From positions 23,893-87,892 of the IMG/VR virus record IMGVR_UViG_3300045303_000221: a stretch of 64,000 nucleotides of DNA; one strand, given 5' to 3'. The notes beneath the pieces were generated by a model. It was not told the origin of the DNA. It searched no databases and saw only the letters and a list, made by a program, of their open reading frames with translations. The stretch comes from a virus. The translations under genes and the position numbers were made by a program. Of this stretch, positions 26,425-34,578 are shown one piece after another; positions within the stretch are counted from its first letter, which is position 1; every line of letters begins with the position of its first letter.

Positions 26425-28303
26425 GGGCGTGTCGAAGCGGCTACAGGAGGCGGCTGGGGTGTCGCTGGTCGCGCCGGAGGAACGGGCGGTGGAGGAGCGC
26501 CTGTTGGAGGCGACGACGCGCGAGTTGAGCGCCACCCGGAAGGACCTCGACCTGCTCGGCTGGACGGCGCTGGACTACGTGGCCGGGATGCCGCAGGACA
26601 TGCCGGTGCAGAACCGGCGCGAGCTTGTCGCGCACGCCCGGCGGGTGTGGCGGCGCGACCCGATGGCGGGCGCGGCCGTTGACCTGCTGAACGACTTCAC
26701 GTTCTCGCGCGGCGTCCCGCTGCCGCGCGCTCGGGACGAGGAAGTGCAGATCGTGATCGATGAGGCGTGGAACGACGTGGACAACAAGGCGGTGCTGACG
26801 ACGTACGCGGCGCAGCTAGCGCTCGGCACCGACCTGACGCTCCAGTCCAACGTGTTCCTGGCCGTGTTCGATGACGGCGACGACGGCAAGGTGAAGCTGA
26901 CGATCGTGCCGCACGACTCGGTGATCGACGTGGTGCGCGACCCGGACAACCCGATGCGGATCCTCTACTACGTCGTGCAGGTGAACGACACGGAGTGGGA
27001 CTTCGACGCGGACGCGCCGAAGGTGAAGGCGGCGGCGGGCGCGGCGGCGGGCACCGGCGGCACGTACAAGGCGGGGCAAGCGCCGGTCGGCCGGGTGCTG
27101 TATTTCGAGCACTGGCTGAACTGCCGGATGCTGCGAGAGGAAGGGATCGACTTCCCCGAGCCGCCAGCGGAGAAGCAGGCGGCGGGCAAGATGTACCACA
27201 TCGCCACGAATCGCGGCTCGGAGATGGCGTTCGGCGTGCCGCGGATGGAGCGGACGCTGCGCTGGCTGACGGGCTACAACGAGATCGTCGCGGCGCGCGT
27301 GGACATGGCGAAGGCGGCGGCGGCCTTCATCATGAAGCGCAAGATCACCGGCACGAAGGGGCAGGTCGAGCGGCTGGCGTCGCAGGCCATCTCGCGCCGG
27401 TCGGAGCTTGGCGCGGCGAGCGCGGCGGGCACCGGCTCGCAGATTCCTCCGGCGACCGGTTCGATCCTGAACGAGAACGAGTCGGTGCAGCACGAGCCGT
27501 TGAAGCTGGACTCCGGGTCGAGCGGGGCGATGCAGGACGCGCAGATGATCCGCGCGCAGGTGTCGGCCGCGACGCGCTGGCCGCAGCACTACCTGGGCGA
27601 CGTGAACGCTGCGAGCCTGGCCGGATCGACGGCGATCGAGCTTCCCGTGCTGAAGCTCGTGGAGGCCAACCAGGAACTGTTTGAGAACCTGTTCCGGGCG
27701 TTCCTCGACCGCGTGATCGAGCGGGCGGTGGAGGTCGGGAGGCTCGACAAGAACGCGCCCGCGCCGGAGGGTGAGGCGCTGGAGGCGGCGGACAACGACG
27801 ACGAGGAATCGACCGAGCGCGACCTGAGCTACGAGTTCAAGATGCCGTCCGCGATGCGGCGGATGATGACCGACCTGGTGACTTCGGTCGCGACGACGGC
27901 GCAGACGTTCGACCCGAACAACTCCAACCTGGAACTGAGCCGGACGCTGCTCACGATCGTGCTGGGCGAGGCGTTTGAGCTACAGGACCCGGCGGAGGCG
28001 GTCGATCGCATCTTCCCCGAGGGCTATGTCGATCCGGCGGTGCAGGCGGCGCAGGCGCAGGCGGAGATCCCCGGCACCGAGGGGTTCGATCAGGCCAGCG
28101 AGGAAGGCGCTCCGACCGGCGGCGACGGGCAGGACCAGGCGACCAACCCGTACGGCGCTCCGATGAAGTCGCCGCCGCCGGAGCAGCGGGCGCGGATGGC
28201 GGAGGCCGCCGACGGCATCGAGGAGGCGCTGTTGGACGACCCGGCGTTCCGCGAGGCGTGGATCGCGGCGGTCGGCATCGGACGCAATGGCGACGGACAC
28301 TGA
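26411..28303 (+). CDS. portal protein
   Basis: 630 aa; DPMAGAAVDLLNDFTFSRG, RDPDNP, RGSEMAFGVP, PQHYLGD...ASLA.STAIELP; directly before MuF. Confidence 0.8.
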   Translation: MGWLEGVSKRLQEAAGVSLVAPEERAVEERLLEATTRELSATRKDLDLLGWTALDYVAGMPQDMPVQNRRELVAHARRVWRRDPMAGAAVDLLNDFTFSRGVPLPRARDEEVQIVIDEAWNDVDNKAVLTTYAAQLALGTDLTLQSNVFLAVFDDGDDGKVKLTIVPHDSVIDVVRDPDNPMRILYYVVQVNDTEWDFDADAPKVKAAAGAAAGTGGTYKAGQAPVGRVLYFEHWLNCRMLREEGIDFPEPPAEKQAAGKMYHIATNRGSEMAFGVPRMERTLRWLTGYNEIVAARVDMAKAAAAFIMKRKITGTKGQVERLASQAISRRSELGAASAAGTGSQIPPATGSILNENESVQHEPLKLDSGSSGAMQDAQMIRAQVSAATRWPQHYLGDVNAASLAGSTAIELPVLKLVEANQELFENLFRAFLDRVIERAVEVGRLDKNAPAPEGEALEAADNDDEESTERDLSYEFKMPSAMRRMMTDLVTSVATTAQTFDPNNSNLELSRTLLTIVLGEAFELQDPAEAVDRIFPEGYVDPAVQAAQAQAEIPGTEGFDQASEEGAPTGGDGQDQATNPYGAPMKSPPPEQRARMAEAADGIEEALLDDPAFREAWIAAVGIGRNGDGH

Positions 28304-31300
28304 CCCGCTACGGGCACGACTGCGGGCGCTGACCGAGCAGGTGGTCGCGGCCGAGCCGCCGCCGGTGGAGGAGCCTCCGGCCCGGCCTGACGCGGTGACG
28401 GCGGCGACGGGCCTGGCGGCGGCGCTCGCGGCTGGTGGGGCGGTCGCTCCGGTGGTGGTCGGCGTGCAGGCGTACAAGCAGGGCGCGGACACCGTGATGG
28501 CGGGGACGGCGATGGTGCTGGCGGCCCTCGCGCACCAGGCGGGCCAGATGGACGTGGCCGAGATCGTGGCGGCGGCGATGGACGACCCGGTGTTCGCCGA
28601 CGACGACATCGAGCAGGCCATCCAGGCCGAGCGGGCGATGCAGGAGACGTTCGTGCGCAAGCAGCGCGCCCGGGTGAAGCGCGACCTGCCGAAGGCGCTG
28701 AAGCTGGAGGACGCGGCCGAGCGACGGGCGGCCGTCCAGAAGCTCGTGGAGCGCGAGAAGCGCTACTCGCAACAGCGGATCGAGGCGTTGCGTGAGCGGC
28801 TGGCCGGGATGGCGGAGATGAAGCGGGTCGAGGCGCAGTCGCCGGGCGGCGCGCTGTGGCTGCTCTCGGACGGCGTGAAGGTGCACACGCCGGACTGCAT
28901 CGCGATGAGCGGGAAGGTGTGGCCGTGGCCGGTGCTGAAGCTGTGGCACCCGCCGCTGCACCACGGCTGTCCGTGCATCCTCGTGGGCATCCCGGACGCG
29001 CTCAAGCAGGGCCTGATCAAGCCGGGGATGATCCCCACCGACCACGCCGACGCGGTGAAGCGGGCGCGGGCGATCATGCGCAAGGCGCAGCGGTTGGAGG
29101 AGGTCGCGGCCGAGGGCGAGGTGGAGGCGTACCTGGAGGCCGTGGAGGCCCGCTGGGAGCGCCGCTTCCCGAAGGGCACCGACCGGGCCGGGCAGTTCAT
29201 GCCGCGCCGGGGAGGGTCGGCGCGCGCGTTGCTGCGCGACCTGGTGCCGCGCCAGCCTCGCCGTCGGGTGACGCGGATCGGTGGGCACCGGGTGGTGATC
29301 CCCGAGGAGCGCAGCTTCAAGCGGACGATCGGCGACCACACGTACACGTCGCCGCCGGGCACGACGAAGGTGCTGCGGGACGGCAAGCCGCTCGGGCGCG
29401 ACCCGGGGGGCGAGAAGCACGACCTGACGCTGACCCGGCCGACGGGCGACCTGCGGCCGTCCACGCCGGAGCGCGAGGCGCTGGCGAAGGTGCTGAACGG
29501 CGCGCAGGCGGACACGCTCACCGGGATGCGGTACGCGGGCGTGGAGGAGGGCCTGCTGGCGCACGGGTTCATCCCCGTGGCGGTGAAGGGGGAGGACCCG
29601 CTCAACCGCTACTTCTACCGGCACCCGTCCGGCTCCACGATGACGCTGAACCTGGTGCGGTGGGCTTCCGGGCGGATGGAGGTCGGCGTCGCGTACTACT
29701 CCCCGGCGCAGGTGCCGGTGCGCGCCGACTACCCGCGCGCGAGCAGGCCGCCGGAGACGTGGGACGAGTTCCTGAAGGACGCGACGGCGCTGGCGGCGAA
29801 CATCGCGGAGCGCACGAACGCGCACCTCGGGCTGGGGACGATCGCGACGAGCGAGCACCTTACTGACCACACCGGCGACCACTCATGGGATGGCGACATT
29901 CGGCTCGCGCCGAACGTGATGGCGGACGTGCAGGATGCGCTCAACAAGCAGGCGCGGGGCGAGACGATCACGCTCCCGTCCCCGGTGTACCGCGCGTACC
30001 ACACGACCGCACACGAGCTTCTGCACGCGATCAATGCGGGCACGGCGGGCGACTACCACACGCAGGGCGGCCGGACGCTGGAGGAAGCGCTGGTCGAGGA
30101 GTTGTCGCACGTAGTGGCGCAGGAACTGCTCTCCGATCACGGCCTGGGAGAGGTCGCGCAGTGGGCGGCGAACAACCCCTCCAAGGACGCCGCGCGCGGC
30201 ACGTACATCGGGTTCCGGGCGACGCTGGACGGGATGCTGAACGACGCGGGCGTGCCCGCCGCTGACCGGCCGGGCCTGCTCTGGGCGATGAAGACGGGGA
30301 TGCAGACGGACGACCGACTGGAGTTCCTGGCGGCGCTGATGAAGACGGACGTGGAGGCGGTGCGCGGGCGGCTCACATCCAACGCGACCGGCAAGGACAT
30401 GGCCGAGTACCTGCCGATGGTCGCCGCATCGACACGGCCTGTCGTGACGCCGGGCGTGTTCCGGATGGGCGGCGAGCAGGTCGGCCGGGGCGCGCTGCTG
30501 CGGCTCAAGGACGGCACGATCACGCGGGTGGCGGACGTGGGCGACCAGAACGGCGTCGTGTTCGCGTGGACGGACGACGAGGAGGGTCACGTGCACCTCG
30601 TGACCGAGGGTGACGTGGACAGGGTGCTGACCCCGCCGACCAGTCGCGGCGACCAGGGCAGGTCGCTGGCGCTGCGCTGGGAGGGCGCTGCGGAGCACGA
30701 GGACGTGGCGATCGGCGACGTGATCGACTTCGGCGACGGTACGCACGGCCGGGTGGAGGACGTGTTCGGCCGCGGTTCCGCGACGGCGATCAGGGTCGCG
30801 ACCGATCAGGGGTCGGTGTGGGTGACCGAGAAGCGGCGCACCGTGCACCCGATCAAGGTCACGACCGGACGCGGCCCCGAGATGGAGGAGCCGCCCGAGG
30901 CGAAGGCGACCGGCACGCAGTCGATCATCGACGCCGGGTTCGGCAAGGCGGAGCAGGCCGGGGAGGAACTGATGCTGCTCCAGAGCGTGCCGCACCTCCT
31001 GCGGATGTCGCTGCACCGGGTGCTGGTGCGGCAGCGCGAGCTACAGCGGATCGTCGGCCGCGACCCGATGGCCGCGAACGCCGACGTGGTGGAGGCGGAG
31101 GCGGAGCTTCGCCGGATCGAGCGGCTGATCAAGGCGCGAGAGGCGGCGCGCGACGCCCGCGCCAAGGCGTTCAAGCGCGAGCACGGCTACTGGGCGATCA
31201 CGCAAGCCGAGTACGACGCGGCGATGGACGAGCCGAACGTCACCACCGACGACCCGCACGTGGCGCTCCCCGGCGGCGTCGTCGCTCCGAAGTCCGTGAT

Positions 31301-31451
31301 CTTCGACCACGTGCATCGGCCGGACGGGAAGATCAGGATCGTGAAGGCGCTGCGCGACGCGCGGGACGCGCCGATGTACCGCAGCGACCTGCTCTCGCAG
31401 GAGCATCGCGAGGCGGCGCTGAGGTCAATCGGCGCGTACGATCCGGACTAG
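28287..31451 (+). CDS. MuF/gp7-like head morphogenesis protein fused to a zincin peptidase
   Basis: HTPDC...GKVW...PPLHHGCPC; AHELLH...LEEALVE; tag VEARWERRFPKGTDRAGQF. Confidence 0.8.
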   Translation: MATDTDPLRARLRALTEQVVAAEPPPVEEPPARPDAVTAATGLAAALAAGGAVAPVVVGVQAYKQGADTVMAGTAMVLAALAHQAGQMDVAEIVAAAMDDPVFADDDIEQAIQAERAMQETFVRKQRARVKRDLPKALKLEDAAERRAAVQKLVEREKRYSQQRIEALRERLAGMAEMKRVEAQSPGGALWLLSDGVKVHTPDCIAMSGKVWPWPVLKLWHPPLHHGCPCILVGIPDALKQGLIKPGMIPTDHADAVKRARAIMRKAQRLEEVAAEGEVEAYLEAVEARWERRFPKGTDRAGQFMPRRGGSARALLRDLVPRQPRRRVTRIGGHRVVIPEERSFKRTIGDHTYTSPPGTTKVLRDGKPLGRDPGGEKHDLTLTRPTGDLRPSTPEREALAKVLNGAQADTLTGMRYAGVEEGLLAHGFIPVAVKGEDPLNRYFYRHPSGSTMTLNLVRWASGRMEVGVAYYSPAQVPVRADYPRASRPPETWDEFLKDATALAANIAERTNAHLGLGTIATSEHLTDHTGDHSWDGDIRLAPNVMADVQDALNKQARGETITLPSPVYRAYHTTAHELLHAINAGTAGDYHTQGGRTLEEALVEELSHVVAQELLSDHGLGEVAQWAANNPSKDAARGTYIGFRATLDGMLNDAGVPAADRPGLLWAMKTGMQTDDRLEFLAALMKTDVEAVRGRLTSNATGKDMAEYLPMVAASTRPVVTPGVFRMGGEQVGRGALLRLKDGTITRVADVGDQNGVVFAWTDDEEGHVHLVTEGDVDRVLTPPTSRGDQGRSLALRWEGAAEHEDVAIGDVIDFGDGTHGRVEDVFGRGSATAIRVATDQGSVWVTEKRRTVHPIKVTTGRGPEMEEPPEAKATGTQSIIDAGFGKAEQAGEELMLLQSVPHLLRMSLHRVLVRQRELQRIVGRDPMAANADVVEAEAELRRIERLIKAREAARDARAKAFKREHGYWAITQAEYDAAMDEPNVTTDDPHVALPGGVVAPKSVIFDHVHRPDGKIRIVKALRDARDAPMYRSDLLSQEHREAALRSIGAYDPD

Positions 31452-31471
31452 CTCAAGGTGTGCGATACGCT
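31448..31471 (+). promoter_or_regulatory. conserved promoter copy
   Basis: CTAGCTCAAGGTGTGCGA-TACGCT. Confidence 0.6.
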
Positions 31472-31478
31472 GTGGGGC

Positions 31479-31679
31479 GTGTCCGCTCTCCCTGAATCCC
31501 GGCCCGAGGTGCTGATGCCTGGGGCGTCGTCGTGCGCCGGTCTGACGCCGTACGAGCCGCTGGGCCTGCCGGGCGGCGAGGTGCTGCGCAGGCGGGTCGA
31601 GGCGCGGCTGCGGCGCGAGGGCTACAACGTGGAGGGCCTGGCTCGGGAGATCGTGCGGATGGCTGAGGAGTGCCTGTGA
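31479..31679 (+). CDS. hypothetical protein
   Basis: GTG 7 nt after -10. Confidence 0.45.
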   Translation: MSALPESRPEVLMPGASSCAGLTPYEPLGLPGGEVLRRRVEARLRREGYNVEGLAREIVRMAEECL

Positions 31680-31692
31680 GAATGGAGACGAC

Positions 31693-31878
31693 ATGGCCTA
31701 CCTGGTGAACATCGCGCACGTCTGCGGGAAGGACGGGTGCTCGGCGCGTGCGACGGTGCAGCTTTACAACCTCTCCAACGCGCCTGCCGGGTGCTACTGC
31801 AAGCGGCACGGCGACGCGGCGCTGCGCGAGATGAAGCAGCGCGAGGACGACTGGTGGAAGGCGCAGCGAGAGGCGTAG
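31693..31878 (+). CDS. small Zn-finger protein
   Basis: CGKDGC..RA.......GCYCKRH. Confidence 0.6.
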   Translation: MAYLVNIAHVCGKDGCSARATVQLYNLSNAPAGCYCKRHGDAALREMKQREDDWWKAQREA

Positions 31879-31982
31879 TGGCGGAGCACAAGCTCATCGT
31901 CATCGCCGCGTTCGTCCTCGTCGTGATCGCCGTCGTGTGGGTGATCCTGGCGGTCGCCGCGAGCAAGAGCGACGAGTCGTAG
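31878..31982 (+). CDS. small single-TM protein
   Basis: TAGTG coupling; hydrophobic. Confidence 0.5.
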   Translation: MAEHKLIVIAAFVLVVIAVVWVILAVAASKSDES

Positions 31983-31984
31983 GG

Positions 31985-32338
31985 TCAGTGCTTCCGGCCC
32001 TTGTGGCCCTTGTGGCCCTTCCCCTTGGAGTGGCCGCGGGACGAATCTCGGCGGGGTTTCGTCCCGGCCTGACGGACGGAGCGCACGACGACTCGCCGGA
32101 CGACGACGTGGACGTGGTTGACGACCCGCACCTTCTCGTGCGTGACGGTGACCGGCGGCGGTGCGGGCACGGTGACGGGCGGCGGGGCGGGCGTCGTGAC
32201 GGTGGTCGTGCGGATGATCGGCGCGGGCGCGGCCGAGGTCGCAGCGGGCTGGCGGGCGACGTGCGTGGTGATCGCCGCGCTGGTGCTGACGCCGAGTCCG
32301 GCGGCGGCGAGCATGGCTGGGATGAGCGCGCGGTGCAC
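31985..32338 (-). CDS. secreted low-complexity protein
   Basis: Signal peptide, PVTV repeats, GHKG tail; leaderless TAGTGT-N7-GTG. Confidence 0.6.
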   Translation of the reverse strand: MHRALIPAMLAAAGLGVSTSAAITTHVARQPAATSAAPAPIIRTTTVTTPAPPPVTVPAPPPVTVTHEKVRVVNHVHVVVRRVVVRSVRQAGTKPRRDSSRGHSKGKGHKGHKGRKH

Positions 32339-32445
32339 GCGGTTGACACTACCCGCCGACGCCGATCCCGAATCCGGTAGTCTCCGCGCCGGAGGCGACC
32401 GTCGGGCGTGTACCGCGAAGCCGCGACCCGGCGGGCCTCCACCTA

Positions 32446-32521
32446 GCGCGGCTGGGCAAATGGTAAAGCCACCCGGTTCAACCCTCGGGAGACAGTCTGG
32501 GTTCGACTCCCAGGCCGCGCA
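32446..32521 (+). tRNA. atypical tRNA (Leu-CAA-like or pseudo-tRNA)
   Basis: Acceptor GCGCGGC/GCCGCGC; D arm GGC-AAATGGTAAA-GCC; anticodon arm CCCGG-TTCAACCC-TCGGG; T arm CTGGG-TTCGACT-CCCAG; discriminator A then CCT. Confidence 0.8.
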
Positions 32522-32522
32522 C

Positions 32523-32726
32523 CTACGGCAGAAGCGGCGGCGGCTGCTGCGTGATGGTGACCGGCGGCACGACGGTCACGGTGGTCACGACCGGGATGGT
32601 GAAGATGACCTGGCGCGGCTTCGGGGCGCTGATCGTGGTGGCGTAGATGAGGCCGACGCCGACGCCGAACACGAACAGCGCGAGGGCTGCGAACAACGGT
32701 GCTGCTATGCCGCGCGTCTCATCCAC
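32523..32726 (-). CDS. small membrane protein
   Basis: TM + Thr/Val/Pro tail; leaderless TACACT-N6-GTG. Confidence 0.55.
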   Translation of the reverse strand: MDETRGIAAPLFAALALFVFGVGVGLIYATTISAPKPRQVIFTIPVVTTVTVVPPVTITQQPPPLLP

Positions 32727-32753
32727 GGAGCGAGTGTAACGACACGGCGGCAT

Positions 32754-32775
32754 CGCGCACGGCGTGCGTTAGTAT
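32754..32775 (+). promoter_or_regulatory. conserved promoter copy
   Basis: CGCGCACGGCGTGCGT-TAGTAT. Confidence 0.65.
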
Positions 32776-32783
32776 GCGGTGTA

Positions 32784-32936
32784 ATGCTGATGCTGTACCT
32801 GATCTTCAAGGCGACCGCCGCGTTCCTCATGGCGGTGTTCGTGCTCGGCCTCCTGAGCATCGCCGCGCTCGTGTGGCTGACCGTGGAGGTCGCCCGGATG
32901 ATCGCCGAGTGGCGCGGCGACCAGCGTCGCGCGTAG
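32784..32936 (+). CDS. small membrane protein
   Basis: Hydrophobic 50-aa ORF. Confidence 0.5.
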   Translation: MLMLYLIFKATAAFLMAVFVLGLLSIAALVWLTVEVARMIAEWRGDQRRA

Positions 32937-32956
32937 CGCACAGCGTGTGTTACACT
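32934..32956 (+). promoter_or_regulatory. conserved promoter copy
   Basis: TAGCGCACAGCGTGTGT-TACACT. Confidence 0.75.
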
Positions 32957-32961
32957 GGGGG

Positions 32962-33150
32962 AGTACGACGATACCAACGGTCAAGTCGCGAGTGACCAAC
33001 AGGGGGCTGAAAGATCCTTCGGGAGCACGGACCACTCCCGCCCCCGATCAACCGCGAAGGTCAGGTGTCGCTGGTTCTGACAGGCAGACGCTCCCCCCGA
33101 CCTCACCGTGTGGGGAGCGCCGCTGGGTTCGACTCCCGGCAGCGACGTAA
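32962..33150 (+). ncRNA. structured RNA ending in a tRNA-like domain
   Basis: GCGA- and UUCG-capped hairpins; 33067-33146 cloverleaf GTCGCTG/CAGCGAC with T arm CTGGG-TTCGACT-CCCGG. Confidence 0.7.
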
Positions 33151-33185
33151 CGTAGGGCGGCACCAGCCGCAGAGAGGAGCACGAC

Positions 33186-33473
33186 ATGCACGAGGGAACG
33201 TTCGTGACGCTCACCGACCTGACCCGCCTGTCGATGATCGTGAGCATGGCGGGCCGGTGCGCGAAGGTCGCACGGCAGGTGGACGGCGTTGGCATCGTCT
33301 ACGGCCAAGCTCGCTCGGTCGGCGACGAGCGCGGCAACTTCACGCCGAGCGGCGGCAACGTGATCGGCGAGTACCTGCGCGTCACCACGCGCGAGGGGAT
33401 GGAGGCGTTCTGGCCGGTCGAGGACCTGGCCGACGAGATCGCCAGCGGCCACTTCGCGGAGTACGACTGGTGA
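33186..33473 (+). CDS. hypothetical protein
   Basis: Hairpin-AGAGAGGAG RBS. Confidence 0.65.
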   Translation: MHEGTFVTLTDLTRLSMIVSMAGRCAKVARQVDGVGIVYGQARSVGDERGNFTPSGGNVIGEYLRVTTREGMEAFWPVEDLADEIASGHFAEYDW

Positions 33474-33721
33474 CCGTCATCCCCGACCCGCTGATCACGA
33501 TCGAGATCCGCGCCGAGTCGCCGCCCTACGAGCGGCAGATGGGCGTGGACATGACGGGGCAGATCCTCGTCGCGGGCAACGTCGTCTGGGAGACGGAAAC
33601 CGAGTTCGCGAAGGGCATCCCGGACGAGCCGGAGCGGGTCGAGCGACTGCTCCGAACGAAGTGCGAGGTGCGACTCGGCGACGCCCTGGCGATCCTGCTG
33701 CGAATGCCGGAGCCGCTGTGA
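33470..33721 (+). CDS. hypothetical protein
   Basis: GTGA coupling. Confidence 0.55.
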   Translation: MTVIPDPLITIEIRAESPPYERQMGVDMTGQILVAGNVVWETETEFAKGIPDEPERVERLLRTKCEVRLGDALAILLRMPEPL

Positions 33722-34401
33722 ACGCGCCATCGCCGCTCGACCTGTTCCGGGAGCCACACGAACTGCCTGTCACCCGCGAGGAGTGGCTGATGGCCGCAGA
33801 CCTCGGGCAGAAACGGCGGCGCGCGAACGATGCGACGCGCACGGCCACCCAGGACCGCGGCGACAAGAACCTGATCGGCGACGTGATGGGGTGCCTCGCA
33901 GAACTGCGGGTCGTGAACCTGTGCAAGAACCTCGGCTACCACTACGAGGCGACGCTGCTGCACGACGGCGGCGGTGCGGCGGTGCGCTGGAAGCCGGACG
34001 TGCGCATCCAGCACGACCGGTGGCTGAACTACGACGTGAAGTGCCACATGACCATGAACGCGGCGCAGCGAGCGATGGTCAACGTGCCGCCCAAGAAGGA
34101 CATGGCGCTGAGCGTGCCGTCGATGGGGAAGGCGCTGAAGGGCGGCACGGCGAACCTGCTACCGGTGATGGCCGCGCCCGGCGGCGACGTGATACTGCTC
34201 GGCCGCGTCCTGCCGATCGCGGAGGTGCTGACGTGGCCGCAGCACGACTACGGCTACGGCAGCATCGTGTACCGGATGCCGATGGCGGTCGTCGCCCCAC
34301 ACCTGTTCGGCCGCACGTTCGCCGAGTGCGAGGAGATCGTGCTGGGCGGCGCGAGCATCGCGCGACTCCACACGCTGTTGACGTACAAGGCCGCAGCGTG
34401 A
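33718..34401 (+). CDS. PD-(D/E)xK nuclease-like protein
   Basis: GCLAE...KPDVRI...YDVKC. Confidence 0.55.
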   Translation: MNAPSPLDLFREPHELPVTREEWLMAADLGQKRRRANDATRTATQDRGDKNLIGDVMGCLAELRVVNLCKNLGYHYEATLLHDGGGAAVRWKPDVRIQHDRWLNYDVKCHMTMNAAQRAMVNVPPKKDMALSVPSMGKALKGGTANLLPVMAAPGGDVILLGRVLPIAEVLTWPQHDYGYGSIVYRMPMAVVAPHLFGRTFAECEEIVLGGASIARLHTLLTYKAAA

Positions 34402-34568
34402 TCCGCCGCGTGATCGCACTGGCGATGAAGGTCGAGTGCCCCGCGTGCGGGATGCCACCCGGCGAGCCGTGCAAGAGCCTCACCGCCTACTACCCGCAGC
34501 GCATCTTCCCACCACACCGCCAGCGCGGCGAAGCGGCGCTCAAGGCCGAGCAGAGCACGTCGGCGTAG
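34398..34568 (+). CDS. phage Zn-finger protein
   Basis: CPACG..PGEPC...HRQR. Confidence 0.65.
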   Translation: MIRRVIALAMKVECPACGMPPGEPCKSLTAYYPQRIFPPHRQRGEAALKAEQSTSA

Positions 34569-34578
34569 ACTGCGCGGC

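Noticed and set aside
32476-32484. TCA anticodon (opal suppressor/Sec) reading of the tRNA
   Set aside because: Centring TCA in a 7-nt loop breaks the anticodon stem, and I saw no genes needing TGA read-through
33002-33030. GGGGGCTGAAAG resembling a tmRNA 5' end or a hammerhead core
   Set aside because: No TTCGAC after GGGGCTGA, no matching 3' end or tag ORF; CTGAAAGA does not fit CUGANGA and no downstream GAAA core follows
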